A model generated the notes under the pieces. The model did no database searches. It saw only the letters and a program-made list of their open reading frames with translations, and was not told the origin of the DNA. A stretch of DNA of 64,000 nt from Eukaryota sp. TZLM1-RC. Lineage: Eukaryota; Protista; Metamonada: BaSk clade. The DNA lies in assembly GCA_040285825.1 (NCBI GenBank), contig JAUPSS010000001.1:1736001-1800000 (forward strand), written 5' to 3'. Every line of letters starts with the position of its first letter. Positions within the stretch are counted from its first letter, which is position 1. Both the position numbers and the translations under genes were made by a program. Positions 49,021-61,796 of the stretch are shown piece by piece.

Positions 49021-52000
49021 TTCAATTCAGTGAAAAGAGATTCAATTTGGAAAGAAATCAAATCAAATTTTCCTGAACTCGAAACCTTTTTTTATAGGTT
49101 TTATGGTAATTCATCTGATTTAATTTTTAATTCTTTTAATCTGGATTCTTTATCAGGAGTTAAACAAGGAGACCCTTTAGGTCCTTTCTTTTTTTGTCTT
49201 GCAATTCACCCAATTTTGAAAAAATTAAAAGAAGAAAATTCTGACCTTCAAGTGGTAGCTTACATGGATGACATTTCTTGTATTGGTCCAGAAAGTACAA
49301 TTAATAGGGTTGCTAATGAAGCTGCTACATTATACCAATCCATAGGTCTTGATTTGAATGTTCAAAAATGTTTTTGTATTTCTAGAAAAAATGTTAAGTT
49401 AATAATTAATTCCCTCGAAGTTCCATATATTGATTATACTTCAACTAGTTTCTGCTTTCTGGGTTGCTATTTAGGTTCCGCCGAAAAGACACTTGACAGC
49501 CTTGAAAATTATTTAAATTCAATTAAAAAAGAGCTAGAAGTCATAAAGACTCTTGAATTGGAAAAACATCTTAAGTTTTTTCTTTTGAAAATTTGTTATG
49601 CTGGAAAAATTACTCATTTACTGCGATCATTACCTCCATCCCTAACTTACAATTTTTGTAGACAATTTAACAAAATTTTTTTTTCTCCCTCCCTTAGTCA
49701 ACCCTTTCATATTTCACTTTCTGTCAAAGCGTCAAAGTCGTACTGTTTCTCTGTCAAAACGATGCCTTTGGCTGATAGTGACTCTGATACTGATTGGAAC
49801 GCCCAAGCAAAGATTCTACCAGTCAGATCAAGCTCATCCACTCCACTTCCCCACTCTCCCCACAATACAAGCTATGCTCGAAATTCATCTCAAAAAAATT
49901 TTCATTCAAAAACTGATCATTGTACCAGAAAAAACACAGAAAAACCACCATTACGTTCCTTGCGTTCTGTTGCGCGTTCTATTAACAACTCCGTTTCTCG
50001 AAATTTGTTTTCTCCAGCTGAAACTGCAAAAAGTCAAAAGTCTATTTCTACTTTTAACTCAAAAATTGACAAAATTGAAAGAACTGAAAAAAACGAAACC
50101 AGTGCCATTAAAAGGTTCTAAAAAATGTTCGATTTGTGGTATCAGTGGTCATAATTCGAGAACGTGCCCTGAGAAACAAAAAAGAGAATTTGAATTAAAA
50201 TCTGCTCAACAAATTCTCAAATGTTCTGTTCCAGCTGTTGCCGTTGTGAATGGTGCTGAAAATAATGTTTCTGACGATCAACAGTTAAATGCTTCTAGTG
50301 TTCCTCTTCTTCCCCTTCTGAAAACAGTAATTTTTGTTGTCCATTTTGCAAAAAAGATGTTGCAGATTCACGAAATGGTCGAAAACTTCTGTTTTGTACG
50401 AATTGTAAAGCCGTTGATACCGTAAGACCCCCGATCCGGATCCCAGTAGAAATAAGTCCCGCCAGCACAATCCCCTTCTCAATGGAAATGAGAAATTTTA
50501 CTTCTGAATTGAAAAATAATAAGTGGAATATTTCATCCTTCTGGAAATATTTTGCTAGAAAAAACAAAAATTGTTTTAAGAAAAAATTTGGAAATAGAAA
50601 AATTGTAAAATCAAAAATTTGCCGAAAATTGTGCTTACGTGGTCGTTATGGTGCCGCAAAGCAGTCTTTGTTTTCCTCTTCTTTGGCTGATGTAAACTCT
50701 GATACCCTTGAAAAACTCCAAAAGTTGCATCCTCAAGAAAATTTCAAGTGCAGCAAGCCTGAAGTGTGTCCTTTTGGATTGAAAATCCTATTACTGCAAT
50801 TGAGGTTCTTAAAGCTATTCAAAAATTACCTAAGGGGAAAGCAGCAGGCCCATCTGGAATTTCTTTTGATCTCTTAAAAATAGCGTGTTCCAGTGCTCCC
50901 GAAATTGCTGATGATCTAGCCCACTATTTCCAACAATTAATTGTTTTGAAAATAAATCCTCCTTTTGAATTGCTCGCAGCACGTCTGATTGCTTTAGTAA
51001 AGCCTGGAAACGGAATCAAACCTGATGGAATACGCCCAATTGCTGTTGGTGAATCTCTTTCTCGTTTGCTGGCATCAATTGTCTTCGATCGTGTCAAAGA
51101 CAAAGCTTCTACATTTTTAAATCCTCATCAATTTGGAATCAAAACAATTGATGGTGCTTCTGTTGCTGCTATTGCCTCTGATACCTTTTTTAATGCAGAG
51201 GAAAATAATTTTATTTTTAATCTCGACTTTAAAAATGCTTTTAATTCTGTAAAGCGAGAAGCAATTTTTGAAGTTATTAAATCTGATTTTCCTGAGCTAT
51301 CGAGTTTTTTCTACCATTTTTATGGTAAAGAATCAGATTTAATTTTAATTCATTTGGTCTTAAATCATCTTCTGGTGTGAAGCAAGGTGATCCTTTAGGT
51401 CCATTATTGTTTTGTTTAGCTATTCACAAAACTTTAAATATCATTAAGCAAAAATACCCTTCCATAAAAATAGTTGCTTATATGGATGATATATCCTTGA
51501 TTGGTTCATTTGATTTACTAGAATTGGTTGCTCAAGAAATTGCCGATTCATATGAAAATATTGGGCTTCATCTTAATGCCAGCAAATGCCTTCTGATTGG
51601 CTCTTCTGCTCAAGACCTCGTGATAAACGATTCTATTGTCCCTTTTACTAATTATAGTAGTGATGCTTTTAAGTTCCTTGGTTGTTGGTTAGGAAATGTG
51701 CCTCAAATTCAGAATGAATTGCAAGTTATTTTGGAAAAAATGAAAATTGAACTTGATTCAATTTCTTCTTTAGATATAGAAAAGCATATTAAATTTTTTT
51801 ATGCTTAAAATTTGCTACACTGGGAGAATAACCCACATTTTGAGATCTTGTGCTCCTTCCATAGCATTAGATTTTTGTCGTTCTTTTAATTCATTGAGAA
51901 CAGAATTTTTGCTGATTTATTGGATGTAGAACCAGGAATGTTGAAAAGCCATTTATTTTCTTCAGCAAATTTGGGGGTATTGGATTTACTAAATCTTCAA

Positions 52001-54453
52001 TTTTGTGTCAATCAGCATTCTTGGGTGGTGGCAAAAATTTTATTTATGAATTTTCTCGTAGATTTCCTGATGATTCTCATCTGTTAGTCCCCAATTGTAG
52101 TCCCTATTTGTATGAGTTATCTTGTGAACTTGAAAAATTACCGCCACAAATTTGGACCAAATGCTTTCCTCAATCAATTCAAGAAATTCCAAACCGATCT
52201 CTATTTAATTTACAGTTTTGCTGTAAAAAGCTTCAACAAAAATTGTCAAAGATTGTTGAAAGCTTATATTTTGATGTTAGACTTGGCTTGGCCAAGAAAA
52301 AGAATCCCGCTTTTGCAAATCTTTTACAAGATATGTGTGACAGTACTTCTTCTGCCTTAGTAACAACAATTCCACAAGTATATGGTACTCTCTTATCCGA
52401 TTCTGCTTGGACTCTGAATATGAGATTTCGTTCCTTTATCTGGCCTGATAATTTACCTCATAATTTAATTTGTAAATGTTCTCGAGAAATTACAACTACT
52501 CATTTGTTAAATTGTAAACATTTTATTACTTTTAGAAGCAAGGTTCATGATGCTGTAAGAGACCAGTTATATTGTATGTGTAAATCTCATAGAATTGAAT
52601 CCTTCTTGGAACCTTTGTTGTCAAATCTGTTTGATGCTGAAAATGATTTTCATAAGAATAATAGAGGTGATGTCATATTACCTGGATTAGATGGAAGCTT
52701 CATTTTATTGGATGTAATGTCTGTTGATCCTTGTAATGCCTCAAATGAAAGGCTTGTTAATTCTGAAATTCATAATCCCCTTTCAAATGCTGAAAATTTT
52801 AAATTCAAAAAATACAATGAACCTTTGTCCAAATTGGCCAGTCTACAGCATGCAAAATACAATTTGTATCCATTTGTATTTTCCCTTTTGGTTCACTTGC
52901 ACCAACTGCTTTACGTTTTTTGGATGATTTTGAAATGATTGTAAAGAGAAGAACTGGCAGAAATTTCAACAGATTGTTTTGGCAAAATAGAATTGTGTTT
53001 TCTATTTTTAAGGGGATGTTGAAGATGGTTTCTGATGCTTTGCTTTCTCTTGGATCTCACTATGAGAGAGTTGCATCTAGTGTTTTTGTTTTGGGAGAGA
53101 TGGATTTTTTAGATGTTGATTTATAGGTTTAGAATAAAATTAAATTTTAAAAAAAAAAATTAACAAAATACGTACCCAATTTTTGGCTTATTTAATGTCT
53201 GTTGATCCATCAATTTTGAAAAATCATATTTTTTCTGATGTTCAACTTGGCGGTGTTGGATTCAATTCATCAAAATATTTGACCAAAGCTGCATTTATTG
53301 GTGGTGGAAAAATTTTGTATTTGAATTCTCTAGAAGATATCCTTTGCCGAAAATCTTCTTGAAAATACAAATAGCATATTCCTGGATAACTTAAGAGAAG
53401 AAATATCCAGTTTATCTCCCGACTTATGGCAATCATGTTTCCCCATATCCATTCAAGAAATTCCAGACAGAAGTTTATATTCATTAAAATTTGCGTTGAA
53501 AAAGCTCCAACGACATCTTTTGAAAAATTTTGAAAACAAGGATTTTATTGTTCGACTTAGCACGGCTAAGAAAGAAAATCCTGCTTTTGCCAATTTTTTG
53601 ATTGATTTGAAGGACAGTTCATCTGCAGTTTTGATAAATCAAATTCCCCAGATTTATGGTCTATTTTTGAATGACGACCAATGGACCACTGCTATGAGAA
53701 TGCGTTGTTATTTATGGCCTTGTAATTTGCCCAATGATTTGTTTTGTAAATGTGGAGCTGGTTTGACATTATCACATTTATTTAATTGTAATAGATATAT
53801 TTCCTATCGTTCTACGTTGCATGATGCAGTCAGAGATCAAATCCATGCAATGTGTAATTCCTATCATATTGAATCTTTTGTAGAACCTTTGTTGAGGTCT
53901 CTTGATATAAATGAAAGCGTAAGAGATTCAGAATATGGAAAACGACGTGCTGATGTTGTTGTGCCCTCGTTTGATGATGTCATGAATGTTGTTGATGCCG
54001 TAACAGTGGATGTTTGCAAGAAAAATGCCTTGAAAAATGCTCAATCCGAAGTATCCCCCCTTGATGACTCCGAATTGTACAAACGGAAAAAGTATGCAAA
54101 TCCTTTAAAAGAATTGAAACATGTTCGCCATGTAGATTACCAAATTTGCCCATTTGCTATATCGTTGTATGGTCGTCTTGGAAAAACTGCTTTGAATTTT
54201 ATTGATGATTTTGAAAATCTTGTGAAAAAAAGAATGAATAAGCGTTTTGTTTCGTTTCGTCGCTTGTGGCTAAATCGTATTGTTTTTACTATTTTCAAAT
54301 CAATTCCTAAAATGATTTCGAAAGCTTTAATGTCTGTCAGTGCACATTATGAAAACATTGCTGCTGTAAGGTTTGATGGTGTGGAAGCTTGTTTTGAAGA
54401 TATTGACTTTTAGACTGTGGTTTTGTAAATAAATTAAAATTTTACAAAAAAAA
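49021..54453 (+). mobile_element. Family B 5'-truncated copy split by A6
   Basis: 49021-49676 plus 53160-54453; QGDPLGP, YMDD through ACFEDIDF-TAG 54413. Confidence 0.93.
49677..53159 (+). mobile_element. Family A full-length copy A6 (ORF 49762-53126)
   Basis: 5' T8 tract, poly(A), TSD TTAACAAAAT 49667-49676 / 53160-53169. Confidence 0.96.
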
Positions 54454-57400
54454 TTTTTTCTGATGTTCAACTTGGCGGTGTTGGATTCAATTCATCAAAA
54501 TATTTGGCCAAAGCTGCATTTGTTGGTGGTGGAAAAAATTTTGTATTTGAATTCTCTAGAAGATATCCTTTTGCCGAAAATCTTCTTGAAAATACAAATA
54601 GCATATTCCTGGATAACTTAAGAGAAGAAATATCCAGTTTATCTCCCGACTTATGGCAATCATGTTTCCCCATTTCCATTCAAGAAATTCCAGACAGAAG
54701 TTTATATTCATTAAAATTTGCGTTGAAAAAGCTCCAACGACATCTTTTGAAAAATTTTGAAAACAAGGATTTTATTGTTCGACTTAGCACGGCTATGAAA
54801 GAAAATCCTGCTTTTGCCAATTTTTTGATTGATTTGAAGGACAGTTCATCTGCAGTTTTGATAAATCAAATTCCCCAGATTTATGGTCTATTTTTGAATG
54901 ACGACCAATGGACCACTGCTATGAGAATGCGTTGTTATTTATGGCCTTGTAATTTGCCCAATGATTTGTTTTGTAAATGTGGAGCTGGTTTGACATTATC
55001 ACATTTATTTAATTGTAATAGATATATTTCCTATCGTTCTACGTTGCATGATGCAGTCAGAGATCAAATCCATGCAATGTGTAATTCCTATCATATTGAA
55101 TCTTTTGTAGAACCTTTGTTGAGGTCTCTTGATATAAATGAAAGTGTAAGAGATTCAGAATATGGAAAACGACGTGCTGATGTTGTTGTGCCCTCGTTTG
55201 ATGATGTCATGAATGTTGTTGATGTCGTAACAGTGGATGTTTGCAAGAAAAATGCCTTGAAAAATGCTCAATCCGAAGTATCCCCCTTGATGACTCCGAA
55301 TTGTACAAACGGAAAAAGTATGCAAATCCTTTAAAAGAATTGAAACATGTTCGCCATGTAGATTACCAAATTTGCCCATTTGCTATATCGTTGTATGGTC
55401 GTCTTGGAAAAACTGCTTTGAATTTTATTGATGATTTTGAAAATCTTGTGAAAAAAAGAATGAATAAGCGTTTTGATCGTCGCTTGTGGCTAAATCGTAT
55501 TGTTTTTACTATTTTCAAATCAATTCCTAAAATGATTTCGAAAGCTTTAATGTCTGTCAGTGCACATTATGAAAACATTGCTGCTGTAAGGTTTGATGGT
55601 GTGGAAGCTTGTTTTGAAGATATTGACTTTTAGACTGTGGTTTTGAAAATAAATTAAAAGTATGTTAAAAAAATTCTGAAATTCATAATCCCCTTTCAAA
55701 TGCTGAAAATTTTAAATTCAAAAATACAATGAACCTTTGTCCAAATTGGCCAGTCTACAGCATGCAAAATACAATTTGTATCCATTTGTATTTTCCCTTT
55801 TGGTTCACTTGCACCAACTGCTTTACGTTTTTTGGATGATTTTGAAATGATTGTAAAGAGAAGAACTGGCAGAAATTTCAACAGATTGTTTTGGCAAAAT
55901 AGAATTGTGTTTTCTATTTTTAAGGGGATGTTGAAGATGGTTTCTGATGCATTGCTTTCTCTTGGATCTCACTATGAGAGAGTTGCATCTAGTGTTTTTG
56001 TTTTGGGAGAGATGGATTTTTAGATATTGATTTATAGGTTTAGAATAAAATTAAATTTTAAAAAAAATCCTTTAAAAGAATTGAAACATGTTCGCCGTGT
56101 AGATTACCAAATTTGCCCATTTGCTATATCGTTGTATGGTCGTCTTGGAAAAACTGCTTTGAATTTTATTGATGATTTTGAAAATCTTGTGAAAAAAAGA
56201 ATGAGTAAGCGTTTTGATCGTCGCTTGTGGCTAAATCGTATTGTTTTTACTATTTTCAAATCAATTCCTAAAATGATTTCGAAAGCTTTAATGTCTGTCA
56301 GTGCACATTATGAAAACATTGCTGCTGTAAGGTTTGATGGTGTGGAAGCTTGTTTTGAAGATATTGACTTTTAGACTGTGGTTTTGTAAATAAATTAAAA
56401 TTTTACAAAAAACATTTTTTCTGATGTTCAACTTGGCGGTGTTGGATTCAATTCATCAAAATTTTTTGATTGATTTGAAGGACAGTTCATCTGCAGTTTT
56501 GATAAATCAAATTCCCCAGATTTATGGTCTATTTTTGAATGACGACCAATGGACCACTGCTATGAGAATGCGTTGTTATTTATGGCCTTGTAATTTGCCC
56601 AATGATTTGTTTTGTAAATGTGGAGCTGGTTTGACATTATCACATTTATTTAATTGTAATAGATATATTTCCTATCGTTCTACGTTGCATGATGCAGTCA
56701 GAGATCAAATCCATGCAATGTGTAATTCCTATCATATTGAATCTTTTGTAGAACCTTTGTTGAGGTCTCTTGATATAAATGAAAGTGTAAGAGATTCAGA
56801 ATATGGAAAACGACGTGCTGATGTTGTTGTGCCCTCGTTTGATGATGTCATGAATGTTGTTGATGTCGTAACAGTGGATGTTTGCAAGAAAAATGCCTTG
56901 AAAAATGCTCAATCCGAAGTATCCCCCTTGATGACTCCGAATTGTACAAACGGAAAAAGTATGCAAATCCTTTAAAAGAATTGAAACATGTTCGCCATGT
57001 AGATTACCAAATTTGCCCATTTGCTATATCGTTGTATGGTCGTCTTGGAAAAACTGCTTTGAATTTTATTGATGATTTTGAAAATCTTGTGAAAAAAAGA
57101 ATGAATAAGCGTTTTGATCGTCGCTTGTGGCTAAATCGTATTGTTTTTACTATTTTCAAATCAATTCCTAAAATGATTTCGAAAGCTTTAATGTCTGTCA
57201 GTGCACATTATGAAAACATTGCTGCTGTAAGGTTTGATGGTGTGGAAGCTTGTTTTGAAGATATTGACTTTTAGACTGTGGTTTTGAAAATAAATTAAAA
57301 GTATGTTAAAAAAAATTCTGAAATTCATAATCCCCTTTCAAATGCTGAAAATTTTAAATTCAAAAAATACAATGAACCTTTGTCCAAATTGGCCAGTCTA

Positions 57401-60222
57401 CAGCATGCAAAATACAATTTGTATCCATTTGTATTTTCCCTTTTTGGTTCACTTGCACCAACTGCTTTACGTTTTTTGGATGATTTTGAAATGATTGTAA
57501 AGAGAAGAACTGGCAGAAATTTCAACAGATTGTTTTGGCAAAATAGAATTGTGTTTTCTATTTTTAAGGGGATGTTGAAGATGGTTTCTGATGCATTGCT
57601 TTCTCTTGGATCTCACTATGAGAGAGTTGCATCTAGTGTTTTTGTTTTGGGAGAGATGGATTTTTTAGATATTGATTTATAGGTTTAGAATAAAATTAAA
57701 TTTTAAAAAAAATCCTTTAAAAGAATTGAAACATGTTCGCCGTGTAGATTACCAAATTTGCCCATTTGCTATATCGTTGTATGGTCGTCTTGGAAAAACT
57801 GCTTTGAATTTTATTGATGATTTTGAAAATCTTGTGAAAAAAAGAATGAGTAAGCGTTTTGATCGTCGCTTGTGGCTAAATCGTATTGTTTTTACTATTT
57901 TCAAATCAATTCCTAAAATGATTTCGAAAGCTTTAATGTCTGTCAGTGCACATTATGAAAACATTGCTGCTGTAAGGTTTGATGGTGTGGAAGCTTGTTT
58001 TGAAGATATTGACTTTTAGACTGTGGTTTTGTAAATAAATTAAAATTTTACAAAAAACATTTTTTCTGATGTTCAACTTGGCGGTGTTGGATTCAATTCA
58101 TCAAAATATTTGGCCAAAGCTGCATTTGTTGGTGGTGGAAAAAATTCTGTATTTGAATTCTCTAGAAGATATCCTTTTGCCGAAAATCTTCTTGAAAATA
58201 CAAATAGCATATTCCTGGATAACTTAAGAGAAGAAATATCCAGTTTATCTCCCGACTTATGGCAATCATGTTTCCCCATTTCCATTCAAGAAATTCCAGA
58301 CAGAAGTTTATATTCATTAAAATTTGCGTTGAAAAAGCTCCAACGACATCTTTTGAAAAATTTTGAAAACAAGGATTTTATTGTTCGACTTAGCACGGCT
58401 ATGAAAGAAAATCCTGCTTTTGCCAATTTTTTGATTGATTTGAAAGACAGATCATCTGCAGTTTTGATAAATCAAATTCCCCAGATTTATGGTCTATTTT
58501 TGAATGACGGCCAATGGACCACTGCTATGAGAATGCGTTGTTATTTATGGCCTTGTAATTTGCCCAATGATTTGTTTTGTAAATGTGGAGCTGGTTTGAC
58601 ATTATCACATTTATTTAATTGTAATAGATATATTTCCTATCGTTCTACGTTGCATGATGCAGTCAGAGATCAAATCCATGCAATGTGTAATTCCTATCAT
58701 ATTGAATCTTTTGTAGAACCTTTGTTGAGGTCTCTTGATATAAATGAAAGTGTAAGAGATTCAGAATATGGAAAACGACGTGCTGATGTTGTTGTGCCCT
58801 CGTTTGATGATGTCATGAATGTTGTTGATGTCGTAACAGTGGATGTTTGCAAGAAAAATGCCTTGAAAAATGCTCAATCCGAAGTATCCCCCCTTGATGA
58901 CTCCGAATTGTACAAACGGAAAAAGTATGCAAATCCTTTAAAAGAATTGAAACATGTTCGCCATGAGGCTTGGATTATGAAGTAAGACTTGGCTTGGCCA
59001 AAACTAAAAATCCCGCTTTCGGTAATTTTTTAAAGGATATTCGTGATAGTTCTGCTGCTGCTTTAGTAACTCAAGTTCCCTCTGTTTATGGACTTTTGTT
59101 AAAAGACAATGAATGGCTTCTAAACATGCGTTTTCGTTGTTTTTTGTGGCCAAACAATTTGCCCAATCATTTAACTTGTAAATGTGGTAAACCTCTTTTG
59201 TTTACTCATCTTTTGAACTGTAAACATTTCATTACGTTTAGAAGCAAAGTGCATAATAACGTCAGGGACCAAATTTATGTAATGTGCAAATCATATCGTG
59301 TAGATTCCTTTTTAGAACCGCTGTTATCAAAATTAATTCTTGATGATCCCAATATTGATAGTACGCGTTACAACAGAGCTTCTATGGGTCTGACTAGAGG
59401 TGATCTAGTTGTTCCTGGTTTAAATGGTAGTTTTACTATTTTGGACGCCATGTCTATTGACCCTTGTAATTCCTCTAACGAACATTTCATTAACTCGGAT
59501 GTAAATAATCCTCTTCTTGCAGGCGAAAAATATAAAATTGCTAAATATGCGAAACCCATTTCCTCGGTTAATGAAAATTCTCATGCCCAATATAATTTAT
59601 GTCCATTTGTTTTTTCTTTGCTTGGATCTCTAGGTAAGGCTGCTATGGCTTTCCTTGAGGATTTTGTTGTAGTTGTAAAGGAAAGAACTGGAAGAATTTT
59701 CAATCGTGTTTACTGGCAAAACAGGATTGTATTTTCTAATTGTAACACTAATTTCTGATTCACTATCTTCTTTTGGGAAATTTTCTGAATCTTTAGCGAT
59801 TAATTGTTTTGATGTAGGGGAGGCAGGTTTTGAGGATGTGGAGTTTTAATTGTGTATTTCATATTTGTTGTTGAATAAAAATAAACAATTATTTTTTTTG
59901 TTCGCCATGTAGATTACCAAATTTGCCCATTTGCTATATCGTTGTATGGTCGTCTTGGAAAAACTGCTTTGAATTGTATTGATGATTTTGAAAATCTTGT
60001 GAAAAAAAGAATGAATAAGCGTTTTGATCGTCGCTTGTGGCTAAATCGTATTGTTTTTACTATTTTCAAATCAATTCCTAAAATGATTTCGAAAGCTTTA
60101 ATGTCTGTCAGTGCACATTATGAAAACATTGCTGCTGTAAGGTTTGATGGTGTGGAAGCTTGTTTTGAAGAAATTGACTTTTAGACTGTGGTTTTGAAAA
60201 TAAATTAAAATTAAATTAAAAA
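54454..60222 (+). repeat. Head-to-tail higher-order repeat of element 3' ends: unit = B(1.2 kb)+A(0.39 kb)+B(0.35 kb); two full units plus a third B
   Basis: Unit starts (CTGATGTTCAAC) at 54460, 56421, 58066; identical internal junctions; unit 2 has a ~320 bp deletion at 56461. Confidence 0.92.
58966..59898 (+). mobile_element. Family E 5'-truncated copy (~0.93 kb) in B
   Basis: CKC..HLLNC, RSKVHN, RGD..LDAMS..EKYKIAKY; closest to A; TSD TGTTCGCCATG 58955-58965 / 59899-59909. Confidence 0.92.
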
Positions 60223-61790
60223 TAAATGTGATAATGTCAAACCAGCTCCACATTTACAAAACAAATCATTGGGCAAATTACAAGGCCATAAATATCAACG
60301 CATTCTCATAGCAGTGGTCCATTGGTCGTCATTCAAAAATAGACCATAAATCTGGGGAATTTGATTTATCAAAACTGCAGATGAACTGTCCTTCAAATCA
60401 ATCAAAAAATTGGCAAAAGCAGGATTTTCTTTCTTAGCCGTGCTAAGTCGAACAAAAATTAATTTATTGAATTTGCACACTTGATTAAATTAAATCATAA
60501 CTAATGGGACGACTATCATTAAACCAAGATTTCCTCTACAAAATCTTGATTTGCTTGCTGTCTAGCTAAAGCTTCTCTAATTCGATTGAAAAACCGCGGT
60601 AATCTATTAATAATGGCAAATTGAATCCGTGAACGCCATAAAAAAATATCAAATCTTTTCATTGTTTTTTCTTTCACCATTTTTTGGAAGTCATCCAAAA
60701 AAGTTTCTGCTTCAACTGATAATCTTCCATTTATCGAAAATGGAAAAGCAATAAAAACCAGCTGTGTATTTCTATCGATATTTGCATCTTCAATTTCTTT
60801 ATCATATTTTCTATGTTTTTCTTTTGCTTTAAAATCCAGAGCAGCCACAGGATTAAGTTTTCTTCTGTGAACCAAAGTATCGTTTGCAACATTACATGAG
60901 ACAAAGTCAACAATAGCTTCAGAATTATCAATCCAATCACAGTATACATCACCTCTATCATCAGAACCAAAATTATTCAGAGAAAGTGTTTCTTTCAGCA
61001 GGGGCTCTTTGATACACGATATCCTTGCAGTTTGTGCCATATTGAAAACAGTGTCTCTAACAGCATCATGTAATGAAGAACGATAAGTTATCAATTTAGA
61101 GCAATTTAGAGCATGGCAATAAGTCGAACAATAAAATCCTTGTTTTCAAAATTTTTCAAAAGAAATCTCGTTGGAGCTTTTTCAACGCAAATTTTAATGA
61201 ATATAAACTTCTATCTGGAATTTCATGAATGGATATGGGGAAACATGATTGCCATAAGTCGGGAGATAAACTGGATATTTCTTCTCTTAAGTTATCCAGG
61301 AATATGCTATTTGTATTTTCAAGAAGATTTTCGGCAAAAGGATATCTTCTAGAGAATTCAAATACAAAATTTTTTCCACCACCAATAAATGCAGCTTTGG
61401 TCAAATATTTTGATGAATTGAATCCAACACCGCCAAGTTGAACATCAGAAAAAATATGATTTTTCAAAATTGATGGATCAACAGACATTAAATAAGCCAA
61501 AAATTGGGTACGTATTTTGTTAAATTGTCTACAAAAATTGTAAGTTAGGGATGGAGGTAATGATCGCAGTAAATGAGTAATTTTTCCAGCATAACAAATT
61601 TTCAAAAGAAAAAACTTAAGATGTTTTTCCAATTCAAGAGTCTTTATGACTTCTAGCTCTTTTTTAATTGAATTTAAATAATTTTCAAGGCTGTCAAGTG
61701 TCTTTTCGGCGGAACCTAAATAGCAACCCAGAAAGCAGAAACTAGTTGAAGTATAATCAATATATGGAACTTCGAGGGAATTAATTATTA
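60220..61790 (-). mobile_element. Family B internal fragment split by D
   Basis: Matches the full-length B copy; rejoined across TAAGTCGAACAA. Confidence 0.9.
60456..61119 (-). mobile_element. Family D 5'-truncated copy (~0.66 kb) in B
   Basis: 191 aa RLE ORF 60519-61094; TSD TAAGTCGAACAA 60444-60455 / 61120-61131. Confidence 0.93.
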
Positions 61791-61796
61791 AATCAG

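Noticed and set aside
54454-60222. LTRs or a CRISPR-like repeat-spacer array
   Set aside because: The repeats are kb-scale poly(A)-ended LINE 3' fragments with no TG..CA termini, primer-binding site or unique spacers.
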